Source: a virus
Taxonomy: Duplodnaviria > Caudoviricetes
DNA length: 41,760 nucleotides
IMG/VR virus record: IMGVR_UViG_3300049173_000144
Coordinates: 1-41,760 of that record
Reading direction: 5' to 3' (one strand)
Below the pieces are notes generated by a model that had not been told where the DNA came from, ran no database searches, and saw nothing but the letters and a program-made list of their open reading frames with translations. Positions 17,700-25,978 of the stretch are shown here, piece after piece. Each line of letters opens with the position of its first letter. The first letter of the stretch is position 1. Position numbers and translations under genes: made by a program.

Positions 17700-17743
17700 C
17701 GCCCGTAGCTCGGCGGCAGCTTTTCAACGCCCGAATCCCGGCG
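17700..17743 (-). promoter_or_regulatory. Two CGCCG-N5-CGGGCG bulged hairpins upstream of the scaffold RBS
   Basis: Copies at 17700-17715 and 17728-17743. Confidence 0.5.
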
Positions 17744-17753
17744 ACGGAGCCAT

Positions 17754-17777
17754 AAAAAAAGCCACCCGTAGGTGGCT
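17754..17777 (-). terminator. Terminator after the portal gene
   Basis: GCCACC-TACG-GGTGGC followed by T7 on the minus strand. Confidence 0.75.
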
Positions 17778-17797
17778 GTTTGTCTGGCGGTGATTAG

Positions 17798-19894
17798 TTA
17801 GACCTGTGCGATCTGCGGAACCGGATTCGGCTCCGGCCCACGCATGAATGCATGTGCGTTCTCAAGGTCAATTTGTGCGGTTTCCGCGTCGGTCTTGCGA
17901 ACCTTCGCGATGTTGAGTGCGTTGTCGATGGCAGCCTTTTGCGGGTCTTCGGGGTTCTGCCCCTGCCGGCCCATGACTTCCATTTCTTTAAGCTCCAACG
18001 CGCGGGCGTCGAGCTGCAACTTGCCTTGCTTGAACTGGGCGTCTTGCTTGAGCGCCTCGTTCTCTTGCGTGAGTTTCTGAAGCTCCTGCTGCATCTCTTC
18101 CATTTGCTGCTGAACCTCGGGGGGAAGCTGTTGGCCCTTCTCCATCTCGTCGAGGATCTGCTTTTTGGTGTCGGGCTTGATCGCCGACGCTTGGATGATT
18201 GCCTTCGGAGGGATGGGCATCCCGTTCTGTGCGAGCTTCGCCAGGATGTCGAACTGCTCGCTCTGCAACGAGGCCAAGTCCGGGCCTTCTTCGATCACGA
18301 TGTCCACATCCAAGCCGGACACGTCGTTCTCGACGTCAACAACCTGCTCAAGCCGCGGATCGCCAGGCTGTATGCCCATCTGTTGCATGATCATTGCCCG
18401 GTTCTCGGGCGGCATCTGGGCGAGCTTTTCGGCCATCGTGACGCGCTTGTTCAGCCCGACGAACTTTATATTGCGGTCGTCGTCAGTAACACGAATCCAT
18501 TTTTCTTCGGTCCAGAACTGGCGAACACGCATCCACATGGCCTCGAAGACTTCCTTCGTCCACTCGCGCAGGCCATCGGCTAAGGGCTCCATCTCGACGT
18601 TGCCGGCCTGAATCTTTGTCTGCAGGGCTACGCCTGACTGTGCGCGGTCGTCCTTGCCTGCCATGGCGGCATTGGCGCCCGTGGCGTTCATCTCGGCAAG
18701 GGCCTGCTGCATCAATTGGATCTGCCCCGCGGCCATTTCGCCTGTCGGGATCACTCCGAAGTCTTGACCAAACACAGCGCCGTCGTTCAGTTCTACGTGC
18801 CCATCGGGCTTGGCGAGCTGCACCTTGGCGGCTGCGGTATCCAGTAAAGCGGACTTGCGCCCGAAGGTCTGGCGCTGGCTCAACAGGTGAAGCGACTTGC
18901 TGCGGCGCTTGTTGATCTCGTCCTGCAGGGGGATCAACCCCTCGACATGCCCGTAGCGGTTGTTCTCGCGGTCTGCGTAGGCGGCACGAAGATGCAACGA
19001 CGAGCAGGAGCGGCCAAACTTGTCCTTGTACGGCGAGATCATTGGCGGTTCGAGGAAGCCGCCTTTGGTGTAGGTGGCGACGTACCACTCTCCGTCCTCT
19101 TCGTAGTGCATCTGCACGATCCGCACGCGCTTTCGCTTGCTGTCGCACCAAATGCCGTATCGGGGGCGGTCATCGTAGGTTTCCGAGCCAGACGTAGACA
19201 GTGTGCCGTCAATCGAATCGATGTAGTCAGGCCATTTTTGCCGCGCCTCGTCGCCGTCCATCCAGATGACGATGCCCTTGTACTTCACGTCCGAGAAGTT
19301 CAACTGCCGCGAGTGGATGTCGTAGACGATGCGATCCCACGGAATCCGCTTCACAGTGACCATCAGATCACCGTCAGGCATTTCCTCGACCGTCACATCC
19401 GCACCGCCGTAGCCCTCGACCAGGATATCGTTGTAAACCTCGGAGCGGAGGCCGTTGAACTTGTTTTGGTCTGCGACGTAACGCAGGCTGTCCGTTGCTG
19501 CCTCACTGGCTTGTTCGTCGTCAGGATTGCGCGGAAAAGCCTTCGGATCGGTACGTGAGCGTCGTTCAATGCCGCACAGGGTGTCTACCTTGCGCTGGAT
19601 ATAGTTGACATAGATCGGCGGCTGTCCGCGCTTCTTCAGGACTGCGATCTCTTCCGCGGTGAGCTGATTGTTGTTGTAGTAGTCGCGGCATCGCTCCGAA
19701 CGCTCCCGGGCCTCGCGGCCTCCGTCTTCGGCTTCCTCGAAATAGGCCACGAGCTTACGAAGATGGTCTTCGTACTCGTCTTTGCGTTCGGAAGGGATAA
19801 CAGCGGACGCAAGTCCTCCCATGGGCTTCTCAAAAGGAGTCGGCTTGTCCTGCAGCGCCAGCTCTCGATTAATCTTCCCGTTCGGTACGTTCAT
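17798..19894 (-). CDS. Portal protein (P22-like)
   Basis: RDYYNNNQLT...RGQPPIYVNYI...YGHVEGLIPLQDEINKRRSK; C-terminal barrel coiled coil. Confidence 0.92.
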   Translation of the reverse strand: MNVPNGKINRELALQDKPTPFEKPMGGLASAVIPSERKDEYEDHLRKLVAYFEEAEDGGREARERSERCRDYYNNNQLTAEEIAVLKKRGQPPIYVNYIQRKVDTLCGIERRSRTDPKAFPRNPDDEQASEAATDSLRYVADQNKFNGLRSEVYNDILVEGYGGADVTVEEMPDGDLMVTVKRIPWDRIVYDIHSRQLNFSDVKYKGIVIWMDGDEARQKWPDYIDSIDGTLSTSGSETYDDRPRYGIWCDSKRKRVRIVQMHYEEDGEWYVATYTKGGFLEPPMISPYKDKFGRSCSSLHLRAAYADRENNRYGHVEGLIPLQDEINKRRSKSLHLLSQRQTFGRKSALLDTAAAKVQLAKPDGHVELNDGAVFGQDFGVIPTGEMAAGQIQLMQQALAEMNATGANAAMAGKDDRAQSGVALQTKIQAGNVEMEPLADGLREWTKEVFEAMWMRVRQFWTEEKWIRVTDDDRNIKFVGLNKRVTMAEKLAQMPPENRAMIMQQMGIQPGDPRLEQVVDVENDVSGLDVDIVIEEGPDLASLQSEQFDILAKLAQNGMPIPPKAIIQASAIKPDTKKQILDEMEKGQQLPPEVQQQMEEMQQELQKLTQENEALKQDAQFKQGKLQLDARALELKEMEVMGRQGQNPEDPQKAAIDNALNIAKVRKTDAETAQIDLENAHAFMRGPEPNPVPQIAQV

Positions 19895-21489
19895 GCTGTT
19901 TTCCAGGTTTCTTCCCCGTCGTCCTTGTTGAATGCCGCATCCCAGCGGTCAATGTGTTTCTTCTGCTCCCGAGGCGGCAACACTGCCGGATGCGCGTCTG
20001 CGATGGCTCTGCCGATCAGCGAGGCCGCGTCTACCTCGTCGTCGTTCTTGCCAGCCGGAAATTTCAGGTACTGGTCAATCACGTCGTCGCCCTCCGGCCC
20101 CTCGGGAATCCAAACGCGCCCCATTGATGCCATGCCCTGGAAGGACTGCGCCTTGGCCGCCTTGTCGCTTCCGTGCGGCGAGATGGGCTCGATGCGGGCG
20201 AAGTTCTGCTGTTCTCGCATCATTCGGGTGATGAACCCCGCAGCAGACTTCCAGTTGTTGTCGTCTTCCGGGAACCAGGCAATAGGTCGGTGCTTCGAGA
20301 GCAGCCCTACTTTCTTTTCCGCCTTGTTGCCCACGATCTTGTCGGCCATCTTGTCCATGGTGGCCTGCTCCCTGAAGCCGTCCAGCATGTATAGATCGCC
20401 CAACGGATCGACGCCCCAGATGCGCACACACGAGAAGTCGCTATCCGCCTCACCAGCCGGCGCGTGGTCGCTGGTCATGTACTTGTTCAGGTACTTCGGT
20501 TCGCTTCCTGGCCTGTACCTGCGGAACCACTCACGCTTGAAGAACGTACCGTCCTGCGGGCTGGGCTTCTGCTGATACAGGCTCGACCAGGTGCGCGGAT
20601 TCGACTTGAACGGCGCCCAGTGTTCGAGGCTGAACCACTCCGGCCACAGCGTCTCGCCGATCTTTCGACCCAACGGGTCGTCCGCACGGTCTGCAATCGC
20701 AGGAAGGCAGATCACCTTCCACTTGCGTCCATCACGCCCATCGAATAGGCCCGATTCGCCGTCCCATCCCACCGGCAAGATCCGCCCGGCTGGGTCGTCT
20801 TCGTGCCAGCGCGTCAGGATCATTACCTGTGGCGCTCCCGGAATCAGCCGCGAGCAGAAGTCGTCTATGTATGCGTCCCAGGTCTTATTGCGGATCGTTT
20901 CCGACTCAGCGGCCTCTCGCCCCTTGATCGGGTCATCGATGATGCCCAGTGCGCCACGGTTGCCGGTGAGGCCCGACAACAAACCACCCGCCATGAATTC
21001 GCTGCCATTGGTCAGCGCCCATTGGTGCGCCGCCTTCTGGTCGCTCATGAGCCCGATTTCCATCAGGTTGTTGAACGACCTCGAATTGATCAACTGCCGA
21101 GCCCGACGCCCCTGCTTCTCCGCAATCTCGCTGGCATAGCTGGCAAGGATCACGTTTCGCCGAGCCTTGCGCGCCATAAACCACGGCACGAACACCACAT
21201 CGCTGTAGGTGCTCTTCGCCGAGCCCGGGGGCATCAGCACCATCAGGTTGGGGATCGTCCCGTTCTCAATGCCCTGCAGGTCGTCCAGCAGCAACTTGTG
21301 ATGCGCGGCCAACTTGTTCAGCTTCATCACGCTGAACGAGTCTTCGTCCTGCTCGTCACTCAGCGGCACGGTTGGGATGTCCACCATGCACGAAAAGTCG
21401 GCAAGGCTCCTTCGCGCCAGCTCTCGACGAGCGGCGAAGATGTCAGTCGGGCTGAACCGGGATACTGGCGAGTACACGCAACTGCTCAT
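19891..21489 (-). CDS. Terminase large subunit
   Basis: Walker A MPPGSAKS, IIDDPIK, ILTRWHEDD, nuclease motif DDEVDA. Confidence 0.95.
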   Translation of the reverse strand: MSSCVYSPVSRFSPTDIFAARRELARRSLADFSCMVDIPTVPLSDEQDEDSFSVMKLNKLAAHHKLLLDDLQGIENGTIPNLMVLMPPGSAKSTYSDVVFVPWFMARKARRNVILASYASEIAEKQGRRARQLINSRSFNNLMEIGLMSDQKAAHQWALTNGSEFMAGGLLSGLTGNRGALGIIDDPIKGREAAESETIRNKTWDAYIDDFCSRLIPGAPQVMILTRWHEDDPAGRILPVGWDGESGLFDGRDGRKWKVICLPAIADRADDPLGRKIGETLWPEWFSLEHWAPFKSNPRTWSSLYQQKPSPQDGTFFKREWFRRYRPGSEPKYLNKYMTSDHAPAGEADSDFSCVRIWGVDPLGDLYMLDGFREQATMDKMADKIVGNKAEKKVGLLSKHRPIAWFPEDDNNWKSAAGFITRMMREQQNFARIEPISPHGSDKAAKAQSFQGMASMGRVWIPEGPEGDDVIDQYLKFPAGKNDDEVDAASLIGRAIADAHPAVLPPREQKKHIDRWDAAFNKDDGEETWKTA

Positions 21490-21814
21490 CGGTCAGACCG
21501 GACACCTGGAGCTTCGATTCGGTCTTGATCGCGCCGCCATCAGCGCCAACAAGTGGTTGTTCCGACTTGCCCCAGCCGCGGTCGATCAGTGCGTTAGCCG
21601 CCGATACACGTGCCGAATCATTCTTCGATGAGGTCAGCACAGCTACTAAGGCCTCCAGAGCCTGCGTCGTGTACTCACGAGCGAGTTCACGAACGTGCCT
21701 CACCTCTTCCGGCAGCTTCGGGCGGCCGCCTGGGTTACCAGACTGCCCTTTCACAAAGGCCGTCTTCGGCGCCTTACGCTTGGGGCGGTCTGATGCTTGT
21801 CTGTTTTCAGACAT
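21443..21814 (-). CDS. Terminase small subunit-like (DUF5681-type)
   Basis: FVKGQSGNPGGRPK...ALIDRGWGK; directly upstream of terL. Confidence 0.75.
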   Translation of the reverse strand: MSENRQASDRPKRKAPKTAFVKGQSGNPGGRPKLPEEVRHVRELAREYTTQALEALVAVLTSSKNDSARVSAANALIDRGWGKSEQPLVGADGGAIKTESKLQVSGLTDEQLRVLASIPVQPD

Positions 21815-22019
21815 CGCAAAGACGCTCCACAAAAGCCTTCAGCACCTCGACTCGCTCCACGTTAGCTTCATGAGCAGCTTCGGCAGCCACCAAGTCACTC
21901 GCAGCCCGACCCTTCGCCTCCAACGAGGCCGACGCCTCCTTCTCTGCCTGCGCCAACGCGTTCCGCATCACTGCGTGAACGAGGGATGGTGCGGGGAGTT
22001 TGGGCTTGGTGTCGTTCAT
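21807..22019 (-). CDS. Hypothetical protein
   Basis: MNDTKPKLP... helical; AGGA upstream; overlaps the terS start. Confidence 0.55.
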   Translation of the reverse strand: MNDTKPKLPAPSLVHAVMRNALAQAEKEASASLEAKGRAASDLVAAEAAHEANVERVEVLKAFVERLCDV

Positions 22020-22062
22020 GGTCGGTCCTTCAGCGCGCCCTTCAGCTAATTCGATGGTTGAA

Positions 22063-22097
22063 ATAAGAAAACCCGCTCTGGCTCTCACCAGGCGGGC
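22063..22097 (-). terminator. Intrinsic terminator in the late leader
   Basis: CCCGC-CTGG-TGAGAG-CCAG-A-GCGGG followed by TTTTCTTATTT. Confidence 0.6.
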
Positions 22098-22126
22098 TAA
22101 TTGGCAACTGCTTTGCCCTTGGAGAA

Positions 22127-22309
22127 TCACGTCAGCCGGTCGATCACGTCGAGCAGCTTCTTGTTCACTACCAGCATCGTCTCGATGTTGGATTGCTGGA
22201 CCTCTACCAACTCCATCAGGGAGCCGATGAGGCGGGTTACCTCTAGAGGAAGTGCGTCAAGCTCCTTCTGCAGACCGTTCATGTCTGCGATGAAGGAGGA
22301 TGGGTGCAT
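22127..22309 (-). CDS. Small coiled-coil hypothetical protein
   Basis: AAGGA RBS; 60 aa. Confidence 0.5.
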   Translation of the reverse strand: MHPSSFIADMNGLQKELDALPLEVTRLIGSLMELVEVQQSNIETMLVVNKKLLDVIDRLT

Positions 22310-22317
22310 TCCTTTTC

Positions 22318-22548
22318 TCAGTTGCCAAGCATCGGCGGGGCATTGACATGCGAGGACTGACTACCGATCACCGAGAATGGCGACCCAGGCGGCACCGTCC
22401 GCGGCGCGTATTGGTCCGAAAACGGCACAGGCGCCCACTGTTGGCGAATCTGATTGAGGCTGATTGGAGCCTTCGCGGCCTCCAGCACGGCAACACGCTC
22501 TCGCAGCTTGGCGATCTCTTCGCGTATAGCCTTGAGTTCGTCTTCCAT
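22318..22548 (-). CDS. Hypothetical protein
   Basis: TAAGGAAG RBS; N-terminal coiled coil. Confidence 0.6.
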   Translation of the reverse strand: MEDELKAIREEIAKLRERVAVLEAAKAPISLNQIRQQWAPVPFSDQYAPRTVPPGSPFSVIGSQSSHVNAPPMLGN

Positions 22549-22567
22549 GGCGCTTCCTTAATAATAG

Positions 22568-22675
22568 ATTCAGTGGCCGGCGCTGAACCCCGGCTTGCCA
22601 TTGCATCACCCCTTCGCAGGAAAGAGGCTTATGGCGGTTCCGCGCCCCGCGCATCAGCCTGCGCATTCACTGAAT
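22568..22675 (-). ncRNA. tRNA-like cloverleaf RNA (no canonical anticodon arm)
   Basis: Closing stem ATTCAGTG/CACTGAAT; D-like arm GCGCA-GGCTGA-TGCGC; middle stem GCCAT/ATGGC; T-like arm GCCGG-GGTTCAGCG-CCGGC. Confidence 0.6.
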
Positions 22676-22726
22676 TAGGTGCTGGGCACGAGCCCAAAGC
22701 ATGGAGCTATAGGGTTGGCGGGCCGG

Positions 22727-22779
22727 CCCAGCGAAAATGGTCCAGCAGCGGCGATCAATTCCGCTGGCCCATTGCTGGG
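22727..22779 (-). ncRNA. Long interrupted hairpin
   Basis: Nested stems CCCAGC/GCTGGG, AATGG/CCATT, CAGCGG/CCGCTG. Confidence 0.4.
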
Positions 22780-22784
22780 ACTTG

Positions 22785-22823
22785 AAACGCAAAAGCCGCC
22801 AGGCATTGCTGCGAGGCGGCTTT
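22785..22823 (-). terminator. tR'-like terminator
   Basis: AAAGCCGCC...GGCGGC followed by TTTTGCGTTT. Confidence 0.7.
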
Positions 22824-22875
22824 GATGGATCTGGCGGCGCGAACCCCTGTCACCATGTCTTTGGACGGACTCTTT

Positions 22876-23057
22876 GATGGCGTCCTACTGCGACGATCCG
22901 GCCCTTTCGGGTTGGTGCCTTGCGGCCCCGTCTACTTGATGTAGCGCTTCACCATCACGGCTGCGGACTACCAAGGGCGACGATGTGAGTTGCAAACCAC
23001 GGGACTACATGCCCGTCACACCTTTGCTTGTCTTTGCTCCAATCCGCATGCGTGATG
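22876..23057 (-). ncRNA. Structured late-leader RNA (two multi-stem domains)
   Basis: CATCACG/CGTGATG plus TGCGGATT/AGTCCGCA stems; GATGGTG/CGCCATC enclosing GCC-GCAA-GGC and CCC-GAAA-GGG GNRA hairpins. Confidence 0.55.
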
Positions 23058-23094
23058 TGCCTTTTTTTAGAGGCACCTATCCCGTCCGAGCGTT

Positions 23095-23123
23095 AGGGTA
23101 AATGTTTTTTACTCCACTCGCAA
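23095..23123 (-). promoter_or_regulatory. Putative late promoter pR'
   Basis: TTGCGA-N17-TACCCT just downstream of the Q-like gene. Confidence 0.5.
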
Positions 23124-23144
23124 GCGCCTATTTGTAAATGTTCT

Positions 23145-23528
23145 TTACATGACGCCCGCGCTCATGAGCCGTTGCGTCAGTTGGTTGCGAGCCTGCCCTA
23201 CGACCGAAGCCCGCTCCAGCGCGTCCAACTTCAGCAGCCGAGGGTGCTTCCAGACGCTTTGCTCCGTCCACAGGTTGCGCGCGAGTTCGTGAATCGCGGC
23301 CCTCCATGGGTCTTGCATCTGGTCCACCTGGAAGTCGATTGTCTCCATGGTTGACCCGTGCAGCTCGTCTTCGATGATCTCGGCGGTGGTGTCGTAGCCC
23401 CTACCTGCTTTGGCATTGCGGAACATGGGGTCTGCGCCTGTCACAGGTACAGGTGAATAGCCCTTGCAGTGGGCGTGCCACTGGCGAAGGAGGTCATCGA
23501 GGATGTATCGGCTGTCGTTCATCATCAC
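23145..23528 (-). CDS. Late gene regulator / antiterminator Q-like
   Basis: Last gene of the nin region; LDDLLRQW N-terminus and C-terminal HTH-like helices; synteny. Confidence 0.65.
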   Translation of the reverse strand: MMMNDSRYILDDLLRQWHAHCKGYSPVPVTGADPMFRNAKAGRGYDTTAEIIEDELHGSTMETIDFQVDQMQDPWRAAIHELARNLWTEQSVWKHPRLLKLDALERASVVGQARNQLTQRLMSAGVM

Positions 23529-23773
23529 TTCCCCACCTCCAGAAGCTCAGGATCGATGACTGGGAGGCCGATGAGGGCGGGCGAAGATCGGCGGTTGTAT
23601 GCCTCAACAACCTCTTCTCGCTTCAGGCAGTCCGTTGATGGAAACCAGTCCCCGCATCCCAACGTGACGCCACTGGGGCCATTGCACTCAACCCACCACT
23701 TGCCCTCTTCGTTTGGGCCGAATACGCCCCATGGTTCGCATCCGCAGAACGGGCACGGCTTTAATTCGGTCAT
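23525..23773 (-). CDS. Lar-family Zn-finger protein
   Basis: ELKPCPFCG...WVEC...EAYNRR. Confidence 0.75.
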   Translation of the reverse strand: MTELKPCPFCGCEPWGVFGPNEEGKWWVECNGPSGVTLGCGDWFPSTDCLKREEVVEAYNRRSSPALIGLPVIDPELLEVGK

Positions 23774-24045
23774 CCTCGGCTCCTTTTAAGTTCCTTGATC
23801 GTCTCGTTGATAGCGCTCAGTTCCGACACCTTGCGCAGCTTCCAGCGCAGTCGGGTGCCGTGCCAGCCTTCGGGGCCGCGGTGGCATGCAGCGCACAGGG
23901 GCATGGAGGCGAACCACAGGCCCTGCTCGGGCTCGTGCACCTCGCTCGGGCCTGGAGCCTCGCATACGATGCAATTCATCTCGGCCACCTTGGCGATGTG
24001 TTCTGCCTCGGCGGCGGTGGGCTTGGGTTTGTTCTTAGACCACAC
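23770..24045 (-). CDS. Ref/DUF968-like HNH-type Zn protein
   Basis: CIVC...EVHE...PLCAACHRG...GWHG. Confidence 0.65.
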   Translation of the reverse strand: MWSKNKPKPTAAEAEHIAKVAEMNCIVCEAPGPSEVHEPEQGLWFASMPLCAACHRGPEGWHGTRLRWKLRKVSELSAINETIKELKRSRG

Positions 24046-24328
24046 GGACGGCTCCAATCGCCACGAGTGCTTCCGCCGCCGACTTCACGACGTGCACAGG
24101 GCACCCCCATGCGGCATGCCAGCGCACTTGGTCTTCCGTGAGCGTTCGGGCCGAGGGCGGCTTTGAGCCGTCTTTCACCTCCAACAGGTACATGGCATCG
24201 CGGAACGACACGAGAAGGTCTGGCACGCCCTTTCCGATGGCTGCGAGGCTTTGGACGGTGGCGCCAGCCGCGCGCAGGGCCGAAACCACTTGGTCCTGGT
24301 TGGCATCCACCTTGGCGGCGCGCCTCAT
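24035..24328 (-). CDS. VRR-NUC / PD-(D/E)XK nuclease (resolvase-like)
   Basis: MRRAAKVDANQ...GVPDLLV...LLEVKDG...LTEDQVRW. Confidence 0.85.
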   Translation of the reverse strand: MRRAAKVDANQDQVVSALRAAGATVQSLAAIGKGVPDLLVSFRDAMYLLEVKDGSKPPSARTLTEDQVRWHAAWGCPVHVVKSAAEALVAIGAVRVV

Positions 24329-24534
24329 GCCGACACCCACTCTGCGATGTACAGGCCGTTTAGGTTCAGCCAATGCTTGTATGCGTCGAGTGGGCTCTCT
24401 CCGCGCGCCGGGCGATCTGCCGGATAGCCGCCTTCGCTCGGGGTCGCCACGCACCACCAGAACTTTCCGTCCCGCTTGAACAGGTGCGGCTTCGGGATTG
24501 GCCTAGTGTCCGGAAGGTAATGGAATATGGACAT
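24325..24534 (-). CDS. Hypothetical protein
   Basis: Coupled ORF in the nin region. Confidence 0.55.
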   Translation of the reverse strand: MSIFHYLPDTRPIPKPHLFKRDGKFWWCVATPSEGGYPADRPARGESPLDAYKHWLNLNGLYIAEWVSA

Positions 24535-25053
24535 TTACGCAGCCTCCCGATAGTGCAAATCCACATCCCGCTCTGCCGCCGTCGGCCTGCGATTTGCCGC
24601 CTGCTCCTTCGCCGTTGCCCAGCGGCAATTCCCAGGCTCGTAGTTGCCGTTAACATCTTTCCGGTCAATCGAGCGGTCTTCAGGAGGCATACCCATATCG
24701 GCTATGAACGCCTCGAATGAATCCCTCCACCGCTGGCAAACCTCTATCCCGCGCCCGCCGTACAAATGACGCTCGGCGTAGCCTTCGTAGTGGCAGCGGT
24801 TAATCATGTCGCGCCAGATGCGATATGGGCGTGTCTTGCTCATGCCGTGGGTTGTGATCCGTGCCTTGAATTTCTCAGCTCGGAGGCAACCACAGGACCC
24901 AACACGTCCACCCGTGAGGTGCGTCCCACGAATCACCTTCTGCCAGCCACAGATGCAACGACAGGTCCACATTGTTTTTCCGGCCATCTGACCGGCGAGG
25001 CCGATCACGGTCAAGCGCCCGAACTGCTGACCGGTCAAGTCTTTCTTACGCAT
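24535..25053 (-). CDS. HNH-type homing endonuclease-like protein
   Basis: DLTGQQFGRLTV...SCGCL...YGGRGIEVC..RW...SIDRKDVNGNYEPGNCRWAT. Confidence 0.85.
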   Translation of the reverse strand: MRKKDLTGQQFGRLTVIGLAGQMAGKTMWTCRCICGWQKVIRGTHLTGGRVGSCGCLRAEKFKARITTHGMSKTRPYRIWRDMINRCHYEGYAERHLYGGRGIEVCQRWRDSFEAFIADMGMPPEDRSIDRKDVNGNYEPGNCRWATAKEQAANRRPTAAERDVDLHYREAA

Positions 25054-25438
25054 GCTCCACCTCATGGGTTGCCAGAAATGCCACCGCGTATTCGATGAGA
25101 CTCGACCCACGAGCCTTGCTCATGCTCGCGGTTGACTCGCGGATGTTCACAAATTCGCCCTCAATGCCAGGGACGATGTCGCTGCCTTCTTTGGTCGCCA
25201 CCGCGTGACCCGAGACGAGCAGCACCTTCCACTCATCCGCAGTGCGTCGCTTGCCGGCCCAAAGCAACCCAGACTTCGCCAAGTCGGTACAGATGGCGTG
25301 GAACTTCGCGTTCTGGTCGAGAGAGCGGTTAGGCTCCTGCACCACGGCGATGTAGCCATCCGGGGCGCTGGCGATGTCTTCAGCGGCGCGGCGGCGTGCT
25401 TCGGCGTGCACCAGGCGGTAGAGGCGTTTGTCTTTCAT
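25046..25438 (-). CDS. ninB: NinB/Orf family recombination protein
   Basis: RSLDQNAKFHA...W.GKRRTADEWK...STASMSK. Confidence 0.85.
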   Translation of the reverse strand: MKDKRLYRLVHAEARRRAAEDIASAPDGYIAVVQEPNRSLDQNAKFHAICTDLAKSGLLWAGKRRTADEWKVLLVSGHAVATKEGSDIVPGIEGEFVNIRESTASMSKARGSSLIEYAVAFLATHEVEHA

Positions 25439-25635
25439 GCCATCTCCTTCGGCTTTGTGGACCAGCGGGTGTAGCGCTTGCTATCGATTTCAACTGCACC
25501 TAGAACGAAGGGGGAGCAGCCGTGCCGACGCACTACCGCGTACCCCTCAACGATCCCCATCACCCGTACTGGGCCAATCGAGTCATATAGAAACGAACCA
25601 ACCGGGACCAACAAAGGAAGATCTTTGGCCTTCAT
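25435..25635 (-). CDS. Hypothetical protein
   Basis: ATGA-coupled; MKAKDLPLL... Confidence 0.55.
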   Translation of the reverse strand: MKAKDLPLLVPVGSFLYDSIGPVRVMGIVEGYAVVRRHGCSPFVLGAVEIDSKRYTRWSTKPKEMA

Positions 25636-25796
25636 GACTGCCCCCAAGCACGATGCCAAGCCCACCAGCCAGCCGTCCAGCTCGCATGCGGGCACGATTC
25701 CTTGTCCTGACCAGCAGCCTTTGCAGCCTTCACTTGCTCGCCGACGATGTGATCGATGTCGGGGCGCCATTCGTTGACGTTGGCAGTGCGGTACAT
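25632..25796 (-). CDS. Small Rmf/CrpP-fold-like protein
   Basis: AAKAAGQDKESCPHASWTAGWWAWHRAW resembles the CP(Y/H)...W..GW pattern. Confidence 0.45.
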   Translation of the reverse strand: MYRTANVNEWRPDIDHIVGEQVKAAKAAGQDKESCPHASWTAGWWAWHRAWGQS

Positions 25797-25978
25797 GGCT
25801 GCTCCGGGGTAGATGGCTTCGAGCGCTCGCGCATCGCTGCTTCGAGCATTGAGGTCAGTTCGGCCAATTCCGGGCGCTTCGCCAGTTCCTTCGCCTTGCG
25901 CCAGCACTCCGCTTTCCAGGCTTCCGGGTAGTCCTCCATCAGCCAGAGGAGGTGCGCTAGGTGCTGTTCGAGCGTCAT
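25730..25978 (-). CDS. Hypothetical protein
   Basis: MTLEQHLAHLLWLM..., ATGA-coupled. Confidence 0.55.
   Translation of the reverse strand: MTLEQHLAHLLWLMEDYPEAWKAECWRKAKELAKRPELAELTSMLEAAMRERSKPSTPEQPCTALPTSTNGAPTSITSSASK

Noticed and set aside
22300-22785. ORFs spanning the late-leader RNA region (22300-22785 +, 22361-22666 -, 22368-22601 -)
   Set aside because: No convincing RBS or protein motifs; strong base-pairing explains the sequence better
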